DNA of 64,000 nt from Ascidiella aspersa (taxonomy: Eukaryota), in contig OZ004615.1 in the NCBI GenBank assembly GCA_963924565.1, positions 6,386,001-6,450,000 on the forward strand. Reading direction: 5' to 3'. The notes under the pieces are model-generated. The model had not been told where the DNA came from. It saw only the letters and a list, made by a program, of their open reading frames with translations, and did not search any database. The number at the start of each line of letters is the position of its first letter. Positions within the stretch are counted from its first letter, which is position 1. Both the position numbers and the translations under genes were made by a program. Shown here piece by piece: positions 12,701-23,345 of this stretch.

Positions 12701-15700
12701 TTCACAAATTGATTTGGAGTTTAGTTGTTTTACGAATGACTTGACTAAGGCTTAAACAAAGCTAATGTTGGTGAACTTTTACGAATGTTTTTTAATTAGT
12801 TAGACCTATGTTATTTATACAATGTTGCAAATATAAGAAAAGTGTACACTTGATCACGAAACGCTGCTTTATGCTTTTAAAATAACACTCAAGGTATATG
12901 CCCAATATCAATGTCGTACAAATTTGTCTTGCAGGACAGTGTCACGTGTTCATCTCCAATTTAGAAGAAGGCGTGAGGTTGAGCGGAACAGATCAACAAA
13001 GCGACCGTGTTGTACGGTTTAAAGTAGGATCCCAGGCAACCTTCGAGGTATAGGTCATGCTTATTACCAATTTATTACCATTATAAAAATGTTTCTAAAT
13101 TGGCAAAAATGTTTTAAAGCAGTGCTTTAAACAAAAATCAAGGTTGTCAGTTACCTAACACACCCATTAAAAAATTAACAATGCGCTGTTTATATACACT
13201 AACATTTTTCAATTCTGAACTCTGTGTGAATTGCTTGTTTGTCACCTACAAAGACTACAAAGATATTTTTGCTAACAACAGTTTTTAAACGACTTTAAAT
13301 TTTCGGTCAATGACACTCATTTGCCAGACCAAAATAGGGTTACATTTGTACAAATTGGGGTAAATGGCTATTTTTAAATATGATTCCAGTGTGCCAACAG
13401 TGCCCAGGTTCTGAACGGCAACCCCGCAGTACTCACATGTGACAGCGACGGCCTGTGGGATTTCGATTACACCGATTTCCAATGCTCCTCGCCCTGTCCG
13501 GCTCTCAGTAACCCTAACAACGGAGCCTTAGTATGGACTTCCGGGTCTCCGGGTACCTGGGAGTTTGGGACTGTATTGAAGGTTAACTGTGACCGTGGTT
13601 ACCAACCAAGTTCCGACATCACGGTCGAGTGCACAGCAGAAGGATGGACAAGGGAACTGCCGTCATGCACGAGTGGGCATTTTTATTTAGTTTGTTTTCG
13701 CATCTAAAAATCTAGATATGAAAACAGTGTTACTTAACCGAGGGCGCCAACCACTTCGTATGGGCGCGAGATCTAACCATTTATACAGTGATTTTAATTG
13801 TCTCATTTATCATATTGAAGTTGAGTCGTCTTTTATGCTGTCCCAGCTTTACACGAAACATACACATGCTTAGTTGCCTAACTGAAAAATTTGATTGAGG
13901 CGATTTGTCATTATCTGAGCTACTATAGTTTTGCCAGTTTATTTTGGTGTTTGAGTTCATTTAATTTAAATTTGCAACCTTTTAGAACCAATGAACCAAT
14001 AGACGAGTTAGCTAGTCTTAATGATTGGGCCTTTTACTTTGATAAAAATGCTGAATTCACTTGGAATTAGCCTCATGTGACAATGACCTAAAATAGAACT
14101 TGAATTGCTATTTTTCACAAATTACTTCAATATAAATTCAGCTTTTTACTAATGACTTGACCGTGGCCTTACAACACAAATGTCGGTGATCTTACAAGAT
14201 TGTTTCTAAATTAGTTAGACCTTTTTTTAAAAAATATACAATGTTTCAATGTATACGATTCCATACTATTAAATTGGAACTTTAACACGTAACGAAACGC
14301 TGTTCTCTAGTTTTAAATTAACAAAAAAAAAAAACAATACCAAGGTTTGGTAAATTTGTCTTGCAGGGCAGTGTCACGTGTTCATATCCCACTTAAAAGA
14401 AGGCGTGAGGTTGAGCGAAACAGATCAACAAAGCGACCGTATTGTATGGTTTAAAGTAGGAACACAGGCAACCTTCGAGGTATAGGTCAAGCTTGTTACC
14501 AATTTATTACCAGTAAAAATATTGTTAAATTGGCAAAAATGTTTTAAAGAATTAGCTTACTTTAAAAATCAAGTTTGTCAGTTACCAAACACATCCATTA
14601 TCACATTAAACATGCGCTGTTTATATCCACTAACATTTTTCAATCCTGAATTAATGTGTGAATTGCCTGTTTGTCACCTCAAAAGACTTTTGGTAACAAC
14701 AGTTTTTAAAAGACTATAATTATCGGTCAATGACCTTCATTGGCCAGACCAAAATAGGGTTGCGTTTGTGCAAAATGCAGTAAATGGCAAATTTGTGCAA
14801 TATGATTCCAGTGTGCCAACAGTAACCATGTTCTGAACGGCAACCCGGCAGTATTCACATGTGACAGCGACGGCCTGTGGGATTTCGATTACAACGATTT
14901 CCAATGCTCTTCGCCCTGTCCGCCTCTCAGTAACCCTAGCAACGGAGCCCTAGTATGGACTTCCGGGTCTCCGGGTACCTGGAAGTTTGGGACTGTGTTA
15001 AATGTCAACTGTGACCCTGGTTACCAACCAAGTTCTGAGTTAACGGTCAAGTGCACAACAGGAGGATGGACAAGGGAACTGCCGTCATGCATGAGTGGGC
15101 ATTTTTTTAATTTGTTTGTTTGTGCCATCTTAAAATCTAGGTTTTAAAACCTGGTTCTTTACCGAGGGGCGCCAACCAATGTCCAGGGACGGCTAGCTTT
15201 AATGCAATAATGAACCATTTATACAGAGATTTAAATTGTCCCATTTTGTCATGTCGGCTTTAGGTCGTATTTTATGCTGTCCCGTGCTTTGCACAAAATC
15301 TAAACATGTGTATTTACGTAACTCAAAATTTTGCCATTATCTCAAGCTGCTATTTGGGTTTATATTTAGTTTGGTTTCTTTTTTCTACAATGTGGGCTTT
15401 GTTTTGTCAGAAAAAATCTACGTTATTGTGCACCAGGGTCTTGCCTCCCTTCAAACTCCAGGAACTAGGGCGATATGATACCGTTTGATGAAACATATCC
15501 TATGAGTTCTGCGTCAAAGGCTTGAGAGTTTAGACGCTTTACAAGAAAATATAGTACACTTAATATTGATCATAGGTAAATCTATTTCAAAAGAACAAAA
15601 TTGTTTATGGAAGAATGGTTATTATCGCGTAGAGGTGTGTAAAGCGAGCGATAGAACACGAGTGACATGATGTCCTAAAGTTATCAAATGTCTCTAAAGG

Positions 15701-18700
15701 TATGTGTCAAAAAAATAGATTTTTTTAAAAATCCGCCTCTTCAGCCAATTGATTCAGGCCTTCATAAGAAGAACACAATTTCAGTGGAGAAACAAAAAAG
15801 CAACTTACAATTCTTTTATGCAGAAATGTGCTCACTGGAAGGATTGTCAGATGAAATAAACATTGTGGATCAACACGGGAACGTTCTTTCATCAAAACAG
15901 TTTGCCCCAATGAATGAAGTGGTGTGGTTTCAATGCGTTGATACGGCAGAGTCATTGGTTGGTAAAAAGAAGAACCGATGTGGCAAACGCGGCATTTGGA
16001 AAAACAACCTTCCAACCGGTTGCGGCAAGTCTAACACTTAAATCTATTTAAAATATTGTAAACCAGTCATTTTTTAATACCTTAAGTTCAAGTCAAGTCT
16101 TTTAAAATAATGACAAGTCAAGTCCCAGTCCAAGTCATCAGTTGCCCAAGTCGAAGTCAAGTCTTTATTAGGGCACGTCATCTCCAAGTCAAATCACTGA
16201 TATAATATAGTAAAACTATGAACCATTAAAATTCGTAAATGTTTCGATTAAATGAGCAATAAGCAATAATTCAACTATAGGGAATAACAAAAAAACAACA
16301 TCTATCTGTATCATCTAATGATTTGACTCAATGACTTAAGTCCAAATCAAGTCATTTGTCTAAAATACTCAAGCCAATTCAATTTAGTTTACCAAACCGA
16401 CTTAAGTTAAGTCAAGTCTTTTAAAAACAGTGCCTTAAGTGCACCTAAGTAAAGTCATCGATTTACTTCATTACAACACTGCTATTTAACACCGCTGAAT
16501 CGTCACCACCATTACAGAAAAATCAAACTTCGGATTGTATGATTTATAGCGCAAATTGAGCACGAGGGGTATTCAAGTTCCTCCGCCACATTCTAATTTT
16601 ATCCCAATCAATCATTACTCCCTGCTGTATGTTTATTTATGTGCCTGGGCAGCTAAAAATGCTTTGCAAGATTTACACTGCTACTCGCCTAAGCCTTTTA
16701 TTAGATGCAACGAGCGCCGGGCTGTGATTTCTTTCGTCTATTTTAAATCCTCATCCTCTAACACCGTGCTTTATAAACCAAGGGTCGCATTCCTACAGGT
16801 TTCAGTGGCCGCGTGTGAAATTAAACAAATGTTACACTAACTACCTTTAATCCTTCATCTTTCCTACAAAGAAAACTTATGCAAAGCGTATAATCGCTGA
16901 CCGAGTTGCAAATGTGTGCAGAAGTAGGTGACACGCAATTTTATGGTTAACACCAAGCTATCACACATGAAGTGTCGAGTAAAGTTATGCTAGGGTCGCT
17001 GACCAAAATGTTTGGGCGGCTTAACTCGAGCATGTTCGGTGCGTACACTGCACATTAGGGGAACATCCTCTCTCATTTTATAGATCTCTTATGTCAAAAG
17101 CTGCCCGACCCGGCGAACGGTAAAATACTGCCCTCCATGCAACTTGGCGCTGCTAATTTGAGCATACAGCAAAGAGCCAAAGTAGCTTGTGATCCCGGTT
17201 ATTTTCCTGTGGAAGAAGAGTTAACGTGCACAAGAAACGGATGGTCGAGTCTACCTAACTGCAAAGGTATACCAATCAAAATTCAAAATTGCGTGTAAAT
17301 TTAAAAGTTTGCAGACTCCTCTAAACACCGAAGACTTAGTAATTACAAAATAACCACGATTTTAATCTTACTTTTTTTCTTTTTGTTTTTTGTTATAATC
17401 TCTACCCAAACAAAAGCGTAAATTCCTGGCTGTCAGAACAAGCGGCATTACATTTCCGTTTGTTTATTCATCCATACAAAGGGATATTCACATATTTTAC
17501 ATTGCAAATAATGTCAAATAGCGGGATTTGACAGACTAGGTAATGGCTGCGAATAAATATTCGCTGTGGTCGCCATTAAGGCCCTTTTGATAAAAGGAAT
17601 AAATTCTTGTCGATAACGGACATTTCTTAAGAAAATAAAGTCCAGTAAATAAATATATTCAGTACACACACGCCTCAGTTAGTTGTCTAAGCCCATAAAA
17701 TCAGCATGATTTTCGCCGAACGGGCTCGGTTATCGGGTCAAGGTTTTTCAGTTACCCTTTAAGGCGAAGTTTCGATCGTTTACATCAAGGGCCACGAAAT
17801 TTGTAAACAGCAAGCCCAAAGTTTAAGTGTTTATTGCAGCACGTTGCTCGGTCGTCGTCAAAGATATCCGTCAAGGCGTGAGATTTCTGAGAAACGATTC
17901 TACAGAAGAGTCTGTTCTGTATTTTGAACCAGCAACTCGGGCAACTTTCGAGGTATCGTTTGTATTTACAACAAACCGTTAGAATGTCAAAATATCCTAA
18001 TCCATTATTTAAAAAATAACTAATTTGTTCATTTTTCTTGGTTAGAACCATTAACCATTTTAATATTTTGCCACAGCACGCTGATCTTCAATCTCTTGTA
18101 ATTTAGGTTGTGTTTAATTTAATAGCTTTGGGGTAACTGTAAAATCAGTGTCTTCAAAGTAAAAAACAGTTACTCTGTTATAGTTTTGCAAGTGATCGAG
18201 ATATAACCTTGTGTAAAGAGAATAACGCTAAACATTGATATTACAAACCAAAAATTAAGTCTTTTCAAGTTTAGGTTTCGCATAAAGTGCGAAAACGAAC
18301 TTTCGTTAATCTTTTTTAGGTTAACAACAACTGACGCATTTAGCACGTATTATTTTAATGGCATTTACCTGCAGTAGATGATTTTGACGAAACGTTGGGA
18401 GGGCCACTAACGTAGAGCAACATGGCCGTACATAAATCAATATCAATGAACAATACGAATATTTTTAGGGTTGGAAAACAATGAAAGCCTTAAGTCGAAT
18501 TTAACACGACTCGTAGCCGATGGTGATAAATCCTTGCTTTTAGGCATTTTAAGTTTGAAAAAATTATATAATTTGGGAGGGGCGTGTCTCACCATGAATC
18601 CGTCCTTGGGCACAAAGGTATTATTATTTGTTAAGCGATCCTGCTAAAATAATCCTTTACTCACTCCAGTCAACTTTCCTTTTAACACAAGCGACTCTGG

Positions 18701-20740
18701 AGATTGTATAGTGAACGGTGGTTTATTCATTTGTTTTAATTTTTTAGTGTGTCGACAACGCCCAGGACCTGTTTGGTCCCCCACCTGTGCTCACTTGCGG
18801 CGCAAACGGCTTGTGGGATTTCAATTACGCCCTGTTTTTCTGTCACTCGCCCTGCGACCCGCATTTTACTCCAAACAACGGGACCCTTGAATGGATAGAT
18901 GCTGGACAGCAAGGAAGCTGGATGTGGGGCACGGTGTTGGGTGTCAACTGTCATTGGGATTTCGAACCAAGTTCTAACGGCACAGTCACATGCACAGACA
19001 AAGGATGGAACGGAGCACTTCCTTCATGCATAGGTCAGTAATTTTTTCTAGTGAGTTTATCGACATTCTGTAGTTGTCGGTTTTTCTATGCTATACACCT
19101 TATCAGTGTTGCAATGACTAAGTCTTAGATTACTTAAGTGCACTGTTTTAAAAAGACTTGACTTGACTTAAGTATTTTGGGCAAAATTAATTGACTTGAC
19201 TTAAGTATTTTAGACAAATGACTTCGTTGAAATAAAAGCAATTTGCTTGCCCTCTATTGCCTTTTTGATATTTTTTAATAATCGGACGAGTTTACTTAAT
19301 TTTAATAGCCTTTAACGTGTAATTTTTATCACAAACACTTTACTAGGACTTGACATGTTATTTATTCGAAAAGACTTTACTTGGACTTAAGTTATTTTAC
19401 ATATGACTTGACTTTGACTTTTTTACAGTCTTCCTAATCGTCGCCAACGAGGCCCTTATACTAAATCTCCTCATGGTAACTTTAGAATTATGGAACTATT
19501 GAAGAGTGTGCTAAAGTGGATATTTCTGTTTGAACTGAAAATAACAAAAAATTCTTCGAACATTCTATCCAAGTAACTAAAATAGGGTTGATATACCGTA
19601 ATATACTCTTATAGGTGTCATAACTTATCCACACACAATACGTGGGTTGAATGCTGTTTCACCTCTATGATTTACAGTGTGTGGCCTTATCAATTCCGAA
19701 CTTAATTCTGTTAAAGGGCACTTTATAGTTTGTAGTCGGGGCTCGAGTAATCTTATAGTAGTAAAATCGAATTCCGAATCAGACTCCATTCAAATGAACC
19801 GACTGCGTCGAATCTTGAGTTACGAGTCCGGAGCCGACTCCGCAACCATGGTCATTTCAAAACGAATGTTTTATGCACCAAGGAAAACGTGCTTTCGTTT
19901 TTGCAAATAAAAACTCGTGGGCGAACCTGCAAAAAAACAAAACCTATTTGAAGACGTTCGTTTTAACAATCGGACAAAATTAGTTGATTTTTGCCTTCTG
20001 TGTTGTGCCATGATACACATGGAAATAGAAGAAAGGATATCGCAGGAATCATTAAAGTATTACCGTTCTTCGTTTTGGAAGAGGTCTGCCCAGTCACATA
20101 TACGACACTATTGTTACAGCTAAACAGGGGTGGCGAGCGACGCTGCTTTCCCGTGTTCTGCTTTAAACTATTTAAAGATTGCAAGGTCCCTTGATTGATT
20201 GTAGTAATAATGACTTAAGTCAATGAGTTGAATTGGCTTTGTTGAAAGTCACTCGCCCTTTATTTATGCGAAATGACAGGACTTGACTTAAACATTTCGG
20301 GCACTTAAATACTGGATCTAGGTTTAGGTCATTAAGGCAAATAACTTTACTTGAACTTAGGTGTTGTCACAAAATATTTTTGGTGACCCTGTTAAAAAAA
20401 CTCTTATTTTTTTCTGAAATATGTAACTTCTATATGTTGCGCTTTTGTTGCTTGCCTGCTAAAATATTGCTCTGCTTTGGATGAATTAACTATTTTTTTA
20501 CATTTTAAATTTTTATTTTAAATTTAATGTCTTGACTTGGACTTGCTATAAAAAATTAATAATAACTTAAACTGGAGCTTGGCTTGTTTTTTAGCGAATA
20601 GTCTGATTTCGACATGCGCTGTGTGCGCGATTATCGTAGTGGTTTAGTTTAAGATTGTGTTTAAATTGATCAACTTAAAGTTTATTTTGCGAACTTTTGC
20701 AGTGAAAGAAAGGCCACCGGAGCAAGTCACCCCTCCATAA
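672..20740 (+). CDS. Multi-exon gene (5' end upstream of the window): selectin-like mosaic extracellular protein, EGF2-CCP3-PT linker-TSP1-CTLD-EGF2-CCP10; C-terminal exon(s) uncertain
   Basis: join(672-779,1064-1177,1395-1598,3019-3198,3840-4016,5187-5540,7427-7585,8604-8864,9735-9836,11325-11438,12019-12219,12322-12504,12935-13047,13390-13672,14367-14479,14812-15094,15824-16024,17084-17266,17840-17952,18748-19033, probable last exon 20703-20740). All junctions are AG/GT (one GC donor) and phase-compatible, with no internal stop. Cys/Trp spacing matches EGF, sushi, TSP1 and CTLD consensus. Confidence 0.88.
1064..1177 (+). CDS. exon: EGF-like domain (SDHCSTLPCLNGAAC...GFYGNICEN)
   Basis: EGF consensus, tag|...|gtaat, 114 nt. 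Confidence 0.9.
1395..1598 (+). CDS. exon: divergent CCP/sushi domain, type a
   Basis: C...F.C...G.....C...G.W....P.GC; paralog of 12019-12219 and 15824-16024. Confidence 0.85.
3019..3198 (+). CDS. exon: CCP/sushi domain, type b (YRCPGLDEPANG...VCNQGY...HCTTSGWNHQPRCQ)
   Basis: Sushi consensus in a frame different from the ORF-track call; 180 nt, phase 1-1. Confidence 0.85.
3840..4016 (+). CDS. exon: canonical CCP/sushi domain
   Basis: CRPPPLPDNG...VTFFCDQGY...SICDQSLRWTGVANC. Confidence 0.9.
4215..4310 (+). mobile_element. possible Ty3/Gypsy integrase zinc-binding-region remnant
   Basis: KFWWPNTNKDVTGHVK resembles the (F/Y)WWPxMxxDVxxYV motif; short, no other pol motifs seen. Confidence 0.3.
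5187..5540 (+). CDS. exon: Thr/Pro-rich linker plus thrombospondin type-1 repeat
   Basis: [28 protein letters not shown]. The last Cys codon is split T|GT across the intron to 7427, which confirms the join. Confidence 0.9.
5314..5369 (+). repeat. coding 21-bp tandem repeat (about 2.7 copies) encoding SAPTAPP/SAPAAPP
   Basis: ttcagccccyrccgctccgcc units. Confidence 0.85.
6155..6403. mobile_element. hAT-type MITE
   Basis: TIR cagtggttctca...tgagaaccactc; 8-bp TSD atgtggag/atgtagag. Confidence 0.8.
6653..6975. mobile_element. hAT-type MITE (second family copy at about 39636-40021)
   Basis: TIR cagtgcttttca...tgaaaagcattg; perfect 8-bp TSD aactagaa; internal catccgcac repeats. Confidence 0.85.
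7427..7585 (+). CDS. exon: C-type lectin domain, N-terminal half
   Basis: NFANAEDACRHLGGRLAVL helix-1 motif. Confidence 0.88.
7859..8100. mobile_element. Penelope-like retroelement remnant: inverted arms, each with a hammerhead ribozyme core; 14-bp TSD
   Basis: Arms about 7858-7950 and 7975-8065 are reverse complements. CTGACGA-stem II-GAAAC at 7999-8031 (+) and 7925-7892 (-). Direct repeat ataagaactttaca at 7845-7858 and 8101-8114. Confidence 0.7.
7999..8040 (+). ncRNA. minimal type-I hammerhead ribozyme motif (possibly degenerate)
   Basis: CUGACGA A GGCUUGC CGGAUA GUAAGCC GAAA CGU; stem II pairs 7/7 including one GU. Confidence 0.55.
8604..8864 (+). CDS. exon: C-type lectin domain, C-terminal half, with Cys-bounded W/H/R insert
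   Basis: WIGL...WKWSDG...C...W...C....YVCEK. Confidence 0.9.
9735..9836 (+). CDS. exon: EGF-like domain
   Basis: DECFPGLCKNGATCHEGVCSCTPGYVGDRCD. Confidence 0.9.
9919..10361. mobile_element. hAT-type MITE with internal aaaacaatcgacta repeats
   Basis: TIR cagtgcttctta...taagaaacactg; TSD gtttagag on both sides. Confidence 0.85.
10370..11095. mobile_element. second, different hAT-type MITE abutting the first
   Basis: TIR cagtgctccgcaacc...ggttgcggggcactg; TSD gtttagag on both sides. Confidence 0.85.
11325..11438 (+). CDS. exon: EGF-like domain, paralog of 1064-1177
   Basis: SDHCSTLPCLNGATCVLENLQYRCTCRNGFHGTKCEQ, same 114-nt length. Confidence 0.9.
12019..12219 (+). CDS. exon: CCP domain, type a
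   Basis: YTCSLEG...FRC...GSAEVSCDTFGIWEDELPVGC. Confidence 0.85.
12322..12504 (+). CDS. exon: CCP domain, type b
   Basis: CPDLADPENG...VCNRRY...ICTKSGWSSQPLCE. Confidence 0.88.
12935..13047 (+). CDS. exon: first half of CCP type c
   Basis: QCHVFISNLEEGV...GSQATFE, phase 1-0; three paralogous copies. Confidence 0.8.
13390..13672 (+). CDS. exon: second half of CCP type c plus CCP type d
   Basis: CANS...TCDSDGLWDF...C SSP CPALSNPNNG...NCDRGY...ECTAEGWTRELPSC, phase 0-1. Confidence 0.85.
14367..14479 (+). CDS. exon: recent duplicate of 12935-13047
   Basis: Near-identical sequence and splice sites. Confidence 0.8.
14812..15094 (+). CDS. exon: recent duplicate of 13390-13672
   Basis: Near-identical, open frame, 283 nt. 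Confidence 0.85.
15824..16024 (+). CDS. exon: CCP type a with GC donor
   Basis: MCSLEG...WFQC...RCGKRGIWKNNLPTGC G|gcaagt. Confidence 0.8.
17084..17266 (+). CDS. exon: CCP type b
   Basis: LCQKLPDPANG...ACDPGY...TCTRNGWSSLPNCK; 183 nt, as 12322-12504. Confidence 0.88.
17840..17952 (+). CDS. exon: first half of CCP type c (third copy)
   Basis: RCSVVVKDIRQGV...ATFE|gt, 113 nt. Confidence 0.8.
18748..19033 (+). CDS. exon: CCP type c second half plus CCP type d (third copy)
   Basis: CVDN...TCGANGLWDF...CHSPCDPHFTPNNG...NCHWDF...TCTDKGWNGALPSC. Confidence 0.85.
20703..20740 (+). CDS. probable terminal exon (VKERPPEQVTPP*) followed by a 3'UTR with AATAAA at about 21275
   Basis: Strong acceptor ttttgcag, phase-1 compatible; alternatives exist (see findings). 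Confidence 0.45.
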
Positions 20741-22060
20741 AAATAATATGAAGGACTCTCAAATCATTGGACATGTCTAAACAAGTTTATTTTCTTCCGT
20801 GCCAACGCTAGACTTCATATTGAAAATTAAGCTAGCAAGTCGGTCCATTTTGTCTTGGCATACTTTGTAACACCAACTGACTAATGCCGTCTGCGTTTCG
20901 GCATAAGTGAAAATCCAAATACGTCCACACATTATTCTAACCCACCTTTTAAGCTGCTTTACAAGCCAATAATGCTTCAATTATGCTTTTATATTCGCAA
21001 TTTACTCGCAATTTACTCATTAAAAATCAACAACTTGTCTGAACCGAATCTAGCCTTTTAAACAATGCTTACACTGTAGTTCTGTCTTTTCTGAGCACAG
21101 GTCATCGTTTTTTTGTTTTGTTTTTTTCTTTTAATTTGGTTTTTAAAACTACAGATAAGGTCCTGTAAATTGAAACATAACTGTACTGCTGATTTCACTC
21201 CTAGTTTATTGTTTCACCATATTTCACTTGTCTCACAACATGTTTCCGTCATGACAAATGTATCAGATTGTTTAAATAAATTTGTCAACACCAAAAGTGC
21301 TTATTTGTTTTAGTGATGGTGGTAAAAAATAACGCTATGATACAAAAAAAACTATCTAAAGGCAATCGCCACCCCTCTAACGCCAAAAATATCTACATAA
21401 TTCTATTATTTGGTAGCCTAAATGCGCTTTTCATACCAGACCAGTCTGTTATCTCGTCCACTTCTTCAGTGTTGTAACCAAGTACTTTGCGAAATAAGTT
21501 AAGTCCAAGTCAAGTTCAATTGAAGTTTCAATCATGGGTTAGAAAATGGATTAGGGTTGAAATTTTAGGGGAGTTGATTATGTACTCAGGGTTAAGTAAA
21601 GTGTTGTATAGGCCTGATTCTAACCATTTAGATCTTATTCCGACGGTTTTTAGGACTTAGACGGTACTACGACTACTATGTACTAGTCCTATTTTGTTCT
21701 TTATGTACTAGTCCTATTTTGTTCTTATTCCGAGCTGTGTTTTATTCTGACGCTGATGCTGTTCTAATTTCGGTCTTATGGCTTTCGAGGTTCGTTTGTT
21801 GTGACATTTTAGTAAACATTTTAACTCAAATTCTAGTATTGTGTCGGAATCTAATTAGTTTTCTGGGGGCGTGTCGTGACTCGTGAGTCATAAATGTTGG
21901 GAACCACTGCTCTTTACACGTTGGACAAAGCAACACTTTTGGTGAAACTCCAATTAGATACGAGCTAGAATTAAAGCAAACAAGCCTTTTACAATTTTAA
22001 TTAGAATTAGACTTGGCCGCATTTTTTTTACTGAAATTATCTATTGTCAGGTGCTTCAGT

Positions 22061-22841
22061 ATGGTGGCCCATGCCATCCTGTTTTTTTCAATTTTTAAAA
22101 AAAAATTAACAAATAAATAAAAAATAACAAAAAAAAATTCAATTTTTAAAAAACAATTTAAATATATAAAAAAAAATAAACATTTAAAACAAAAAAATAT
22201 GAAAAAAAAAAAAAATGAATTAAATAAAAAATTAATTAAAAAAAAATTAATTAAATAAAGAAAAAAAAACTCGACGTGGCCCAGGACTGCCATTCCCATA
22301 TAATATGCATTACAGCCGGACCATCACTGCCAGTACTTCAAATATACTGATAAGCAATATTCTATTTTAACTTCAAAGCAAGCATGGAGGTTTGCCAATC
22401 GGAATTACTTTAGTGTTGGTCGAATGGGTTCATATTTACTGCATTTTCTTTTCGCAAGGTTATAAAACCCACCAGATGGCCAATAGACCAAGTGGCAAAC
22501 CTCCATGCGCTTGCTTTGAAGTTAAACAAAACACAATAGAATATTTCATATCAGTATATTGAAGTATCATATGATGACAGTGATGGTTCGGCTGTAATGC
22601 ATGTTATATGGGAATGGCAGTCCTGGGCCACGTCGAGTTTTTTTTTATTTTTTTTTTTATTAATTTTTTTGGTAATTTTTTTATTTAATATTTTTTATTC
22701 AATATTTTTTTTTAATTTTTTTTTTAAATATATATTTTTTTATAGTATATATAAATTTTTTTAATTACTTTTTTTTGTTATTTGTATTTATTTGTTAATT
22801 TTTTTAAAAAATTGAATAAAACAGGGTGGCAGTCATGGGCA
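22061..22841. mobile_element. foldback element (about 340-bp imperfect arms with A/T tracts), possibly Mutator/Foldback-type
   Basis: ctcgacgtggcccaggactgccattcccata / tatgggaatggcagtcctgggccacgtcgag; flanks tgcttcagt / ttcttcagt (9 bp, 1 mismatch). Confidence 0.8.
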
Positions 22842-23345
22842 TTCTTCAGTGTTATTGCGTTAGTACGTTTCGTACAAAAATTAAAGATTGGGAAACGAAC
22901 CACGGAACTATTAGGCCCAAGAATAATTAATTTAAGGTGGAATTATAAGATTAGATTGTTGTGCCAAGAGTTGGATTTTTGCTGACTGATTTACAACGCT
23001 TAATTTATCTCGTGTAGGTCAAAACTTGCTACAAGCTAACCCCCAAAATAATAAACCATGTAGCCTATAGCCTACATCAAAGTTCATAGAAATTATACAA
23101 GTTGTGCAACTCAAAATTCATAGAAATTTCTATAGACTTTGGCCTACATTTCTGTGTAATAAATAAGTAGGTTACAATAGAACCCTGTTTGCCAAAGCGT
23201 CTTAAAAAGTAACATAACTCGATAGTTAAAAAAGTTATAGTTAAACCAGCATTGCTTACGATAAACTTGTAATAATAAAAGTTAAACACGAGCCAGCAAC
23301 AAGCTAATACTGCAGTTATCATAAAAACATTCCAACCACTTGCAT

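Larger units (their letters stand above)
12660..15360 (+). repeat. tandem duplication (period about 1.42-1.43 kb) including two exons and their introns
   Basis: About 12660-13930 aligns to about 14075-15360 in both exon and intron sequence. Confidence 0.9.

Noticed and set aside
19917-20194. Overlapping short ORFs in the last introns of the mosaic gene
   Set aside because: No recognisable motif or good splice sites; embedded among gacttgactt repeat-family sequence.
672-20740. Identification as a vertebrate selectin, SVEP1, complement factor H or Botryllus fester/FuHC
   Set aside because: Domain order and content (TSP1 before the CTLD, repeated EGF pairs, no VWA/pentraxin/Ig seen, no clear TM) match none of them, so no symbol is given.
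21997-22299. 100-aa Phe-rich 'membrane protein' ORF
   Set aside because: Translation of the poly-T arm of a foldback element.
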